Origin: an uncultured Pseudomonadota bacterium
GTDB taxonomy: Bacteria; UBA10199; JADFYH01
DNA: 64,000 nucleotides
Assembly: GCA_964595045.1 (NCBI GenBank)
Contig: CAZQOW010000001.1
Location: forward strand, 9,183 to 73,182
Direction of reading: 5' to 3'
The translations under genes were made by a program, and so were the position numbers. Below are positions 35,994-45,271 of this stretch, in pieces (the first letter of the stretch is position 1; the number at the start of each line of letters is the position of its first letter). The notes under the pieces are model-generated. The model was not told the origin of the DNA. It made no database searches and saw only the letters and a program-made list of their open reading frames with translations.

Positions 35994-36818
35994 ATGCCCA
36001 ACAAAATAAAAAAAACCTATATTATCGCCGACATTTCTTCTAATCACATGGGTAATATGGCAATAGCCCAAGCAATGATTGATGTAGCTGCCAATATTGG
36101 TATTGACTGCGTCAAGTTTCAATCTTGGAAGGCAGGCTCACTCCGTAAAGATTTTCCAGATTACAATGCCACCTACAACCGCCACAAAAAAACCGAGCTT
36201 TCCGAAGATGACCATTTACTGTTGATAGAACATTGTAAAAAAAATAGCATCGACTTCCTCACTACCTGCTTTGATCTAAATCGTATTGATTTTTTAGCTT
36301 CTCTTGGAATCGACACAATCAAAGTTGCCAGTCCTGATTGTGGAAGTATTCGGCTTCTTGAATCTTTAATGAAACATTTTAAAAAACTGATTATTTCTAC
36401 GGGCATGACGCAGGATACAGATGTTCAAAAAGCAATTGAAGTGACACGAGGTCATGATGTTGTTTTTCTTCATTGTGTATCGCTCTATCCTACCCCCCCT
36501 GAAAAAGTAAATATGAAGCGATTAGACTGGCTTAAATCAATGGGGGTTCGTGTCGGTTACAGTGATCACACCATGGGAGTGGATGCTGGGAAGCTTGCCA
36601 TATCTCGCGGAGCAGAGATTTTGGAAAAACATTATACTCTCTCCCGTGACTTGCCTGGTAAAGATCAAGCAATGTCTATGATGCCAGAAGAGTTGGCAGA
36701 GCTCTGCCGTTTTGCGAAAGTGGTTGAGCGGATGGATGGGGTATCGCAACCAGAACTCTCTGAAGATGAAAAAAAACTTCGGGCAATTTATGTTGGAAAA
36801 TGGGGAAATAACCGATGA
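35994..36818 (+). CDS. Short NeuB-family nonulosonic-acid synthase (TIM-barrel only, no SAF domain)
   Basis: YIIADISSNHMGNMAIAQAMIDVAANIGIDCVKFQ and GYSDHTMG, 274 aa. Ends before where a SAF domain would begin. Overlaps neuC. Confidence 0.7.
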   Translation: MPNKIKKTYIIADISSNHMGNMAIAQAMIDVAANIGIDCVKFQSWKAGSLRKDFPDYNATYNRHKKTELSEDDHLLLIEHCKKNSIDFLTTCFDLNRIDFLASLGIDTIKVASPDCGSIRLLESLMKHFKKLIISTGMTQDTDVQKAIEVTRGHDVVFLHCVSLYPTPPEKVNMKRLDWLKSMGVRVGYSDHTMGVDAGKLAISRGAEILEKHYTLSRDLPGKDQAMSMMPEELAELCRFAKVVERMDGVSQPELSEDEKKLRAIYVGKWGNNR

Positions 36819-37975
36819 GTGATAAAAAAAGAAAAATTTGCATTGTGGTTGCCAGTCGTGCCAACTATGGAAGAATTAAATCTGTCTTAAAGGCTATTCA
36901 AAAACACCCCTCTCTTGAACTTCAGTTGATCGTCGGCGCCTCTGCCCTTTTACATCGATTTGGAAGTGTTATTGATATTATTCGAAAAGACGGCTTCGAA
37001 CCTAATGCAACTCTCTATTCTATTGTCGAAGGAGAAAATCCAACAACGATGGCTAAATCAACTGGGATGGGCATTATAGATCTAGCAACACAATTCGAAA
37101 ATTTAAAACCTGACGTTGTGCTAACAGTGGCTGATCGATTTGAAACCATGTCGACCGCCATTGCCGCTTCCTATATGAATATTGCTCTCGCGCACACACA
37201 AGGTGGAGAAGTCACAGGCTCACTCGATGAAAGTGTAAGACATGCAATCACTAAACTTGCCCATATTCACTTTCCTGCAACTCCTATCGCTGAGCAAAGA
37301 CTTTTAAAAATGGGAGAGGAACCTGAAAGAATTCGAATGACAGGTTGCCCCTCTTTAGATCCTATTTGTGATATCGATCTTAAACTTCCCGAAGATATTT
37401 TTCGTCGATATGGAGGGGTCGGGGCCGACATCAAAACCAACTCAGAGTACATCGTGGTTCTTCAACATCCAGTGACAACTGAATATGGATCCGGATTAGC
37501 ACAAATTAACGAAACACTGAAGGCTGTCTCTCAACTCAAAAAACCAACGATATGGCTCTGGCCAAATGTTGACGCAGGATCTGACGATATCTCCAAGGGG
37601 CTTCGAACTTTTCGTGAACGGGAAAAACCAGACTATATCCATTTTTTCCGTAACTTCTCAGTTGAGGATTATGCTCGTTTAATCTCTAACTGCATCTGTC
37701 TCATCGGAAACTCTTCCAGTGGGATACGAGAAGGAGCATTACTCGGTACGCCCGTAGTAAATATAGGATCACGCCAGCAAGGTCGAGAACGTGCCCAAAA
37801 TGTATTGGACGCCGATTATAAAGCCGAAGAGATTCTCAACAAGACAAAAATTCAAATTGATCATGGAAAGTATAAATCTAATCCGCTTTATGGAGATGGT
37901 CATGCAGGTATAAGAATTGCGGATAATTTGGCAACAATGTCACTTCACAATCTCCAGAAACGTCTAACCTATTAA
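36815..37975 (+). CDS. neuC: UDP-N-acetylglucosamine 2-epimerase (hydrolysing), NeuC/LegG type
   Basis: ICIVVASRANYGRIKSVLKAI, DRFETMSTAIAASYMNIALAHTQGGEVTGSLDESVRHAITKLAHIHF, 386 aa. Confidence 0.8.
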   Translation: MSDKKRKICIVVASRANYGRIKSVLKAIQKHPSLELQLIVGASALLHRFGSVIDIIRKDGFEPNATLYSIVEGENPTTMAKSTGMGIIDLATQFENLKPDVVLTVADRFETMSTAIAASYMNIALAHTQGGEVTGSLDESVRHAITKLAHIHFPATPIAEQRLLKMGEEPERIRMTGCPSLDPICDIDLKLPEDIFRRYGGVGADIKTNSEYIVVLQHPVTTEYGSGLAQINETLKAVSQLKKPTIWLWPNVDAGSDDISKGLRTFREREKPDYIHFFRNFSVEDYARLISNCICLIGNSSSGIREGALLGTPVVNIGSRQQGRERAQNVLDADYKAEEILNKTKIQIDHGKYKSNPLYGDGHAGIRIADNLATMSLHNLQKRLTY

Positions 37976-38009
37976 TACATCCCAAATCTTGTAAGTAAAA
38001 CGATTCAAT

Positions 38010-39407
38010 ATGAAACCACTCCTGTTCATGATTCTTCATAATGATTATATGGCACGTGACTTTGTGGAGAGTGGCGTTTTAGTTCAGTTAAAACAAGAGT
38101 TCGAATTATATTTTGCCATTACTGATAAAAATTTTACCTTGGATCTCTCTCCGTATGGGAAAGTTATTGGAAAATATACAAATCCATCCTGGAGAGAAAG
38201 AATTTGGGAAATTGCCTTTGGCTTAAAACATCTCGCCGACCTCGATCCGATTATTCATACACAAAAAAATCGATTAGACGTGTTTCAAAGAGGTCGCGGA
38301 CCTCGACTAAAAAAACTAGTATTTCTAATTCATCGGATGGGACTTTCGAATTTTTTCAGTAAGATCTTTCAAAAAATTTTTCTTTGGAGTTCCAATAATT
38401 TTATCAACTTTCCTCGACTCCCCTCTGTGGCACTTTTACCTACAGGAATCAATGATCCTTTTTGGTCAGATGCTTTAACTATATGTAAACGAAATAAAAT
38501 CCCTTCACTTACCTTAACTGTCAATTGGGATAATATTGCACATAAAATCTTTCTAGTTCAACCAGATCTTCTAGGGGTCTGGGGGGAACAAGGCTATCTT
38601 TTTGCACGGCTTCTTCAAAAAATTCCTGTCGACAAAATTGTCAATGTCGGGACACCCCGTTTCGAAGCTTATCGAACCGTAAAAGCTTCGCGGATAGAAG
38701 CCCGAAAACAGGTAGACTTTCCGGAAGAAAAACGGATCCTACTTTTCGCCGGGGCTGGGGTGGCATTTGACGAAGTTTCACTGATTGAAGAGTTTGAAAA
38801 GGGATGCAGAGATGGAACACTCCCATCCGATCTCTATTTAGTTTACAAACCACATCCAAAAAGACACAAAAGAGTCGCTGAACCTCCTTTGAAACCTGAG
38901 ACATACAAATATGTTCAAGTATTGCAAAACTCCGGTTATACACCACTTCAACAATACCCAATTTTGCTCTCAGCGGTAGATGGATTGATCACCCCCTTTT
39001 CCACTATGCTATTGGAAGGGGCATTAATGGGTTTACCCGCTATTGGACTTGCTTATGACGATCCTAATCATGGGGATTTCTCTTGGTCAAACGCAAGAAT
39101 GAATAATCACCTTCATCCAATGCTTGATGAAAGATGGATGATTCAATGCTTCGAGCGTAAAGAATTTATCCCCAGCATACTCAAACTTTTACCGATGATT
39201 CGTAATCCCAAAGTAACAACCTCTGCTTATCAGACATCTCAGTTTATTCTGTTCAACGATCATCAAACATATGCGGACCGAATTACTCAAATTTTGAAAC
39301 AAGTCTCATCTCAACCTTATTCAAAAAAAATCTCGGATGAATTAGAAAAACAGATGGTGGAAAAAGGACAGAGCTATGTTAGCGAGCCGAATGTGCCAAC
39401 TTTGTAA
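38010..39407 (+). CDS. Uncharacterized GT-B-like protein. Candidate NulO/capsule transferase.
   Basis: YLVYKPHPKRH...LITPFSTMLLEGALMGLPAIGLAY is a GT-B C-terminal-domain pattern. No classical GT motif. 465 aa. Confidence 0.4.
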   Translation: MKPLLFMILHNDYMARDFVESGVLVQLKQEFELYFAITDKNFTLDLSPYGKVIGKYTNPSWRERIWEIAFGLKHLADLDPIIHTQKNRLDVFQRGRGPRLKKLVFLIHRMGLSNFFSKIFQKIFLWSSNNFINFPRLPSVALLPTGINDPFWSDALTICKRNKIPSLTLTVNWDNIAHKIFLVQPDLLGVWGEQGYLFARLLQKIPVDKIVNVGTPRFEAYRTVKASRIEARKQVDFPEEKRILLFAGAGVAFDEVSLIEEFEKGCRDGTLPSDLYLVYKPHPKRHKRVAEPPLKPETYKYVQVLQNSGYTPLQQYPILLSAVDGLITPFSTMLLEGALMGLPAIGLAYDDPNHGDFSWSNARMNNHLHPMLDERWMIQCFERKEFIPSILKLLPMIRNPKVTTSAYQTSQFILFNDHQTYADRITQILKQVSSQPYSKKISDELEKQMVEKGQSYVSEPNVPTL

Positions 39408-40269
39408 TTTTGATCAATCTTATATTGTTTATGAAGGATCTATTCGTTCAGGACTTCCTGGAACCACAACAAACGGTTATAAAATTTTAGAATGTCATCA
39501 TTGTAAAATCCAATATTTAGATCCACAGCCTGAAAATCCACTTCAAAAATACGAAGATGGTTCTTATCGGAAAGATTATGATGGAGCAGAAAATTTATCT
39601 TCCTATCGACAAAAACATGACAAAGATCAGTCACTGAAAATCTCTCTCATTGGAACTGAAAAACTGCGTGACATTGCTATAGCTGACGTTGGGTGTGGTG
39701 CAGGGGCCTTTCTTGATTTAGTAAAGGGAATGGCTTTACGCACTATAGCAGTCGAGCCAATGCTTTCTTATCACGACTATTTATCAAAAAACTTTACTGC
39801 GTGCTATCGCAGCACCTCCGAATTTTCCAAAAATGAACTCAACACGGTGGATATCATCACGACTTTTGCGGTCATCGAACATGTTCAGAATCCGTTAGTT
39901 TTTTTGAAAGAGCTTCGAGTGGCATTAAAACCTGGAGGTTATCTTTGTTTAACTACGCCTAATCGTCGAGAGATTTTAATGACCACCAATGAAGTTTCTT
40001 TTAAGCCACATTTTTATCGTACCGCTCATCTCTGGTACTTTGACCGCGAATCATTAATTAATCTTGCTGAGCAAGCTGGATTTAAAGTAAAAAGTTTTCA
40101 TACATTTCACACTTATAATTTTTCCAATTATGTTGTTTGGCTGCGAGATAGAAAAGTATCAGGAAAAGACTCTATTTTTAAAGAATTCACTTCAGAAATT
40201 GATGACGCTTGGCGTTCTTTTCTTGAAAGAAATGAATTGGCAGATCAAATCTACATGGAGCTTATATGA
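39376..40269 (+). CDS. Class I SAM-dependent methyltransferase with N-terminal Cys-rich (zinc-ribbon-like) segment
   Basis: CQLCNFDQ...ECHHCKIQY then motif I ADVGCGAGAFLDL, 297 aa. The 5' end overlaps the preceding gene, so the start may be at internal Met. Confidence 0.6.
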   Translation: MLASRMCQLCNFDQSYIVYEGSIRSGLPGTTTNGYKILECHHCKIQYLDPQPENPLQKYEDGSYRKDYDGAENLSSYRQKHDKDQSLKISLIGTEKLRDIAIADVGCGAGAFLDLVKGMALRTIAVEPMLSYHDYLSKNFTACYRSTSEFSKNELNTVDIITTFAVIEHVQNPLVFLKELRVALKPGGYLCLTTPNRREILMTTNEVSFKPHFYRTAHLWYFDRESLINLAEQAGFKVKSFHTFHTYNFSNYVVWLRDRKVSGKDSIFKEFTSEIDDAWRSFLERNELADQIYMELI

Positions 40270-41039
40270 AAGAAATTGAATCTCACTATGAATTTCTTCA
40301 TGAAAAAATTTTCCAAACAAAAACAAAATGGCCACAATTTAAGCGAATGCTCGAGGACGTTCGTGACTTGTCGATTCAACTTCCTCAAAGTTCGAATGTC
40401 ATAATTCTAGAGAGAGCTTATGTCTACGGCGGAAACAGTCTTTTTGCTCCATTATTTCATCAGCATCAAGTGACATCGGTCGATTGTGAAATACCAACAA
40501 CTACGGAACGTAGAGGATATCAAAAATCATGGACTGAAGATCCGCGATGTATTCAAATACCTGCTCAAACAAAAGCTTCAATCACAAAAACTGGACTACC
40601 CCATGCCAGTGCTGACTTGTTGCTTGTCCCTAATGTAGTTCATCACGAACCGGATCAAGAGGGAATGTTCGAAGAAATCGCCCGTCTTCTTCGGCCAGGA
40701 GGAACAGGATATATTTTCGAAGCACTTATAAGAGAATTGCATCAGATTCCTGATGACTACATAAGATATACTCCTTGGGGATTTCAAAAGATACTAGCTC
40801 GTCATGGTCTTGAAATGACTGAATGGAAACCAACAGGTGGTCCCTTTGAGGCAATTTCTTATTGCTGGATACAGGCATTGCAGTTCATTCCTGAAAGTGA
40901 GCGTGGTGAAAAAGAAAAGTGGTTTTTTACTGAGCATCTTCCAGAACTTTTAGAAATGGATAAACGATATACAACAAATATCTCCCGACCACACACTACA
41001 TTTCCAGTTGCCTACTCTATTTATTTTAGAAAGTCTTAA
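40266..41039 (+). CDS. SAM-dependent methyltransferase-like protein
   Basis: LLVPNVVHHEPDQEGMFEEIARLLRPGGTGYIFE resembles the post-motif-I/II region of Methyltransf_11/23 enzymes. 257 aa. Confidence 0.5.
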   Translation: MKEIESHYEFLHEKIFQTKTKWPQFKRMLEDVRDLSIQLPQSSNVIILERAYVYGGNSLFAPLFHQHQVTSVDCEIPTTTERRGYQKSWTEDPRCIQIPAQTKASITKTGLPHASADLLLVPNVVHHEPDQEGMFEEIARLLRPGGTGYIFEALIRELHQIPDDYIRYTPWGFQKILARHGLEMTEWKPTGGPFEAISYCWIQALQFIPESERGEKEKWFFTEHLPELLEMDKRYTTNISRPHTTFPVAYSIYFRKS

Positions 41040-41042
41040 CAA

Positions 41043-41756
41043 ATGTTTTCTCACCTCCCTCCAGCTCTCAAACCGGTATTGGCGTTCATTCCTGCAAGAG
41101 CTGGTAGCAAAGGAGTTCCTAATAAAAATCTTAGAACACTCGATGGAAAAAGCTTAATGCAACTCGCCATAGAATGTGCAAAATCATCCTCTATTTTTGA
41201 CCGTATTGTCGTTTCATCCGATGGAGAAGAAATTCTAAAAGAAGCCACCCGATATGGTGCCGAAACGATTCAACGTCCCCCAGAACTTGCAATTGATAGT
41301 GCCAATATTCTGGATTCAATCACTCATACTCTTCAGTTTTTATTTTCTCAAGGATATCAACCAGCTTCTATTGCACTTTTAGAACCCAGCTCTCCATTTC
41401 GTACACCGGCACTTGTTCAACAGGTAGTTTCCTTATTAAGTGAGCATGAAGCTGCTTTTACAGTAACTGAAGTAGATTTAAAATTTCACCCTGCAAAACA
41501 ATTTATTCTAAATGATCAAAGAATAGCCCTTCCCTCCTGTTCAAATCTGGCTTCTCCAGTGAATCGTCAAGAATTAGACCCAACGTTCATTAGAAATGGT
41601 GGAGTATATGCTTTTCGAACAGAAATGTTTCTTCGAGAAAAATCAGTCTTAGGAAAAAGGCCCCGGGCTTTTATAACAAAGGAAGTTTTGATAAATATCG
41701 ATACGATGGCAGATTATAAACTTGCTCAAAAGCTGATACAAAAAATAAATAAATAA
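41043..41756 (+). CDS. neuA: Acylneuraminate cytidylyltransferase (CMP-NulO synthetase, NeuA/LegF-like)
   Basis: LAFIPARAGSKGVPNKNLRTLDGKSLMQLAIECAKSS...RIVVSSDGEEI aligns with the NeuA N-terminus. 237 aa. Confidence 0.8.
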   Translation: MFSHLPPALKPVLAFIPARAGSKGVPNKNLRTLDGKSLMQLAIECAKSSSIFDRIVVSSDGEEILKEATRYGAETIQRPPELAIDSANILDSITHTLQFLFSQGYQPASIALLEPSSPFRTPALVQQVVSLLSEHEAAFTVTEVDLKFHPAKQFILNDQRIALPSCSNLASPVNRQELDPTFIRNGGVYAFRTEMFLREKSVLGKRPRAFITKEVLINIDTMADYKLAQKLIQKINK

Positions 41757-41760
41757 AACT

Positions 41761-42678
41761 ATGCACAAATTAGCCTTTGTAATTCCAACCAAAGACCGCC
41801 CAAACGACATGCGAGTGATGCTTACAAGTCTTTCTCGTCAGACACTTCTCCCTAATCAGATTATTGTCGTCGATGGAAGTAATCCAGACATTCAATCTGT
41901 CATTAATGAGTTTCCACAATTACATATCGATTATGTCCGTGTTTATCCCCCTTCTCTTGCAAAACAACGCAATGAAGGAATGAAAAAAATAAAGCCTGAA
42001 ATTACGCTTGCTGGATATTTAGATGACGACGTAGAACTTCAACCAAACGCCGTTGCATCGATGATGAACTATTGGGAAAAAAGTGCTCCTGATCTAGGTG
42101 GGACCTGTTTCAATATCGTCAACACCGATCCTGCTCGATGGACAAAAGTTAAGAGTGTTTTTGGCATTGATGGTTCAATTCCAGGAAAAGTTTTTCCCTC
42201 AGGATGCGTCTCTATTCTTGGATATCAATCCGAGGATATAGAAACAGACTGGCTTTGCGGAGGTGCAACCATATGGCGACGAGAAATTATAGAAAATTAT
42301 CCCTATGACGAATGGTTTAAAGGAACCGGGTTCCTTGAAGATGTCGACTATAGCTTTAATGTACGTGAGAAGTATCGCTTGGCTTTGGTAGCTTCAGCGA
42401 AGCTGAGTCACTATAGCCCGCCGATCCGATCCGATCGACATTTTTTGCTTGGGAAGTGGCAAATTGTCAACCGTATGTATTTTGTTAGAAAGTATCGAAT
42501 GAGAGGCCTATCCATTTCCAAAGCGTGGATTGCAAATTTTGGAATGTTGTATTTGAGACTTATTCAGGCTCTTCTTAAGAGGGATCGAAACAGCTGGAAT
42601 CAATTTAGAGGTCATGCAGCTGGTATATGGTCTGAGATTCGCGGTAAAAACGAGCAAATCGGCGGATTCTTGAAATAA
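41761..42678 (+). CDS. Family 2 glycosyltransferase
   Basis: FVIPTKDRPNDMRVMLTSLSRQT...IIVVDGSNPD, DDD motif (YLDDDVEL), 305 aa. Confidence 0.75.
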   Translation: MHKLAFVIPTKDRPNDMRVMLTSLSRQTLLPNQIIVVDGSNPDIQSVINEFPQLHIDYVRVYPPSLAKQRNEGMKKIKPEITLAGYLDDDVELQPNAVASMMNYWEKSAPDLGGTCFNIVNTDPARWTKVKSVFGIDGSIPGKVFPSGCVSILGYQSEDIETDWLCGGATIWRREIIENYPYDEWFKGTGFLEDVDYSFNVREKYRLALVASAKLSHYSPPIRSDRHFLLGKWQIVNRMYFVRKYRMRGLSISKAWIANFGMLYLRLIQALLKRDRNSWNQFRGHAAGIWSEIRGKNEQIGGFLK

Positions 42679-42775
42679 ACATTGATAGAGTTGATAAATT
42701 TTTATTCGCCTATTGGAAAATTTAAATAGCAATGGGAGCAAAACAAATAAAAACAGAGATCGGAGTTTGTAATAA

Positions 42776-43621
42776 ATGAGTATCGTATCCATTTTGAAAT
42801 CAACTCTTAAACCAATAATCCCATCCTTCATATTTCAAAGAACTCATATCATACGTAAAAAAATCCAGAAACTTCGTTTCTCTTTTTTTGAAAAAACTGT
42901 AGACTGTGATGTTTTAGGAAATACAATTAAAATAGGGGTTTCCTCGGATATCGAAAAATACCGCACTGAAACTTATTCCACCAAAGAGCCTGAAACACTG
43001 AACTGGTTAAAAAAGAATCTTCAGGAGGGGGATGTTTTTTACGATATCGGAGCAAATATTGGGCTTTATTCATTATATGCAGCGAAACTTCATCCGCATA
43101 TTAAAATATTCGCTTTCGAACCAGAATCCCAAAACTTTGCAAGACTCTGCAAAAATTTGATTCTCAATCATGCAACTCAAGTAATTCCTTGTAGTTTTCC
43201 TTTAACTGATAGAGAAATATTCGATTACTTTTTTATCAGTGAATTGAAGGCAGGATGTGCCTTTCATGAGTTCGGATCGCCTAATCAATACCGTTGGTCT
43301 AAAGAAACAGAACCGTTCAAACAGGGAGCTTTAGGAGTTTCTTTAGATTGGCTGGTCAACGTTCTTAAAGTTCCGGCCCCCACATTGTTAAAGATTGATG
43401 TGGATGGAATTGAAGAAAAAATATTGGCGGGAGGATCTTCACTAATCACACAAAGGAGCATTCGCTCCATTCTTATAGAAGTGACAGATAACAACGGGGA
43501 AAAAGATCGGGTAATCAACTTATTTAAAAAGGCACAATATCAACTTACAGAAGAAGGCGAAGAGCTGACCACTTCCAATGGATCCAGAAGCCGCAATCTC
43601 ATATTTGATCGAATCTCTTAA
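42776..43621 (+). CDS. FkbM-family methyltransferase
   Basis: FYDIGANIGLYSLYAA motif, FAFEP, IDVDGIEEKIL. 281 aa. Confidence 0.7.
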   Translation: MSIVSILKSTLKPIIPSFIFQRTHIIRKKIQKLRFSFFEKTVDCDVLGNTIKIGVSSDIEKYRTETYSTKEPETLNWLKKNLQEGDVFYDIGANIGLYSLYAAKLHPHIKIFAFEPESQNFARLCKNLILNHATQVIPCSFPLTDREIFDYFFISELKAGCAFHEFGSPNQYRWSKETEPFKQGALGVSLDWLVNVLKVPAPTLLKIDVDGIEEKILAGGSSLITQRSIRSILIEVTDNNGEKDRVINLFKKAQYQLTEEGEELTTSNGSRSRNLIFDRIS

Positions 43622-43637
43622 ATGATTTTAAGATTAA

Positions 43638-45197
43638 ATGAATCTCAGGAAAAACTCAAAAAAAGATTTCATATTTTCATATGCCAAGACCATTGCTTCT
43701 GCCGGCTCCCAGAACCTTTCACTGAACTGGTGGCCAACTTGGCTTTCTTCAAAAAACAGGTACCTCTCTTCAGCTACACGCTATTTTGAAGAAATTTTTC
43801 TTAATGAAAAAACTTTTCATGAACCTCCCAAGAAATTTCGTTACGGACTTGCCCTTATTTCTGCAATTGCTCGCTCGATCAAATGTAGTATAAAACTACT
43901 TTTTCAAATAGGCTTAATGCGTATTAAATATGCATCTCTTACCAAGAGAATAAAAAAAGAATTCAAGGGTAAAGAAGTTTATCTCATCAAGACGTTTGCT
44001 TATAAACATAGTTTTAAGGATAAGTCATTTAGAGATGTTTACTTTGAAACTTTACCACAGCATTTAAAAAAAAGAGGGATTGCGACTCTCACTATTTTTG
44101 ATCCTATTGATTGTTTTAAAGAGACATTCCGTTATGGCTTCGCAAATCTACTAAAAGAAAAAGCCTTACCTTTCTATCTCTTCTGTAACTTCTTTGACCT
44201 TTTAAAGGCTTGGAAATACTTGATTAGAGGTGCTCTTTGCGCCCAATTTCAAAATGTTCTTTTTGGTTCCCAGGATGTATCTTGTGAAATTAAACGCTTC
44301 CATCAAATCGATATGTTGGGAGCAAACTCTCTTTACAGCTTCGTGATTTATTTGGCCTTCTGTAGAATTTCAAAAACTTTCAATTTGAGTCACTTTCTCT
44401 TTACTTTTGAAAATAACCCTTGGGAGCGTTTATGCCAAATCGCCGTAAAAAAGCAAAACCCAAAAACCAAAACTATAGGATATCAACACTCAGTATTAGC
44501 CGAGTCTTCAATGAATATGTTTGCAGGAGAAGGTGAGCTTTCTTACGCTCCTTATCCGGATCGTGTACTGACAGTCGGTTGGGAGACAGCACAAATTATC
44601 AAACAATATAGTGCTGCGCCGCCCCCTTCTCCAGAGCCTGCATGCGCTCTAAGATTTCAATATCTCGAAAAAATGCAGACTCGTTCTGGGCCTGTAACAA
44701 AAACTCTACTCGTCGCTCTAGATGGTGCTCGCGAAGCCTCTCAGGTAATTCATTACATTTTTCAAAACTTATCGGCTTTAAAAGATTGGGAAATAATTAT
44801 TAGAATGCATCCATCTTTATCGATAAGTAAATTAAAAGGGATAAATCTTGATTTTTCTTATTCTAATATTGAACTTTCTAAAAATAGAAAGCTTTACGAA
44901 GATCTAAGTAGAAGTGGAGTTGTTTTCTATCAAGGCAGCTCTGTTGCTCTCGAGGCATTAATGCTTGGTCTTCCGATCATTCATTTTGATACTAATAGAA
45001 TTCTATCCGATGATCCCCTTTTTGCTTGTCCTCACTTAAAATGGATAACCCAACATTCTTCGGCACTTAATAATGTTTTAGAGAATATATTGACTATCCC
45101 CCTTATTTCTCTTAATGAGTCACGTCTGAGAGCTCAAGAATATTTACGTAAATATTTTTATCCGGTCACTATTCAATCAATGAATCTCTTTATTTGA
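43638..45197 (+). CDS. Uncharacterized GT-B-like protein. Candidate NulO/capsule transferase or polymerase.
   Basis: EIIIRMHPS...VVFYQGSSVALEALMLGLPIIHFD is a GT-B C-terminal pattern. 519 aa, no classical motif recognised. Confidence 0.4.
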   Translation: MNLRKNSKKDFIFSYAKTIASAGSQNLSLNWWPTWLSSKNRYLSSATRYFEEIFLNEKTFHEPPKKFRYGLALISAIARSIKCSIKLLFQIGLMRIKYASLTKRIKKEFKGKEVYLIKTFAYKHSFKDKSFRDVYFETLPQHLKKRGIATLTIFDPIDCFKETFRYGFANLLKEKALPFYLFCNFFDLLKAWKYLIRGALCAQFQNVLFGSQDVSCEIKRFHQIDMLGANSLYSFVIYLAFCRISKTFNLSHFLFTFENNPWERLCQIAVKKQNPKTKTIGYQHSVLAESSMNMFAGEGELSYAPYPDRVLTVGWETAQIIKQYSAAPPPSPEPACALRFQYLEKMQTRSGPVTKTLLVALDGAREASQVIHYIFQNLSALKDWEIIIRMHPSLSISKLKGINLDFSYSNIELSKNRKLYEDLSRSGVVFYQGSSVALEALMLGLPIIHFDTNRILSDDPLFACPHLKWITQHSSALNNVLENILTIPLISLNESRLRAQEYLRKYFYPVTIQSMNLFI

Positions 45198-45271
45198 ACT
45201 TTATAAAAGATTGTTTCTCAAAGCATGAAAGACTAATAAAACATTTAAAATAAACAATAGAGGTATGTATT

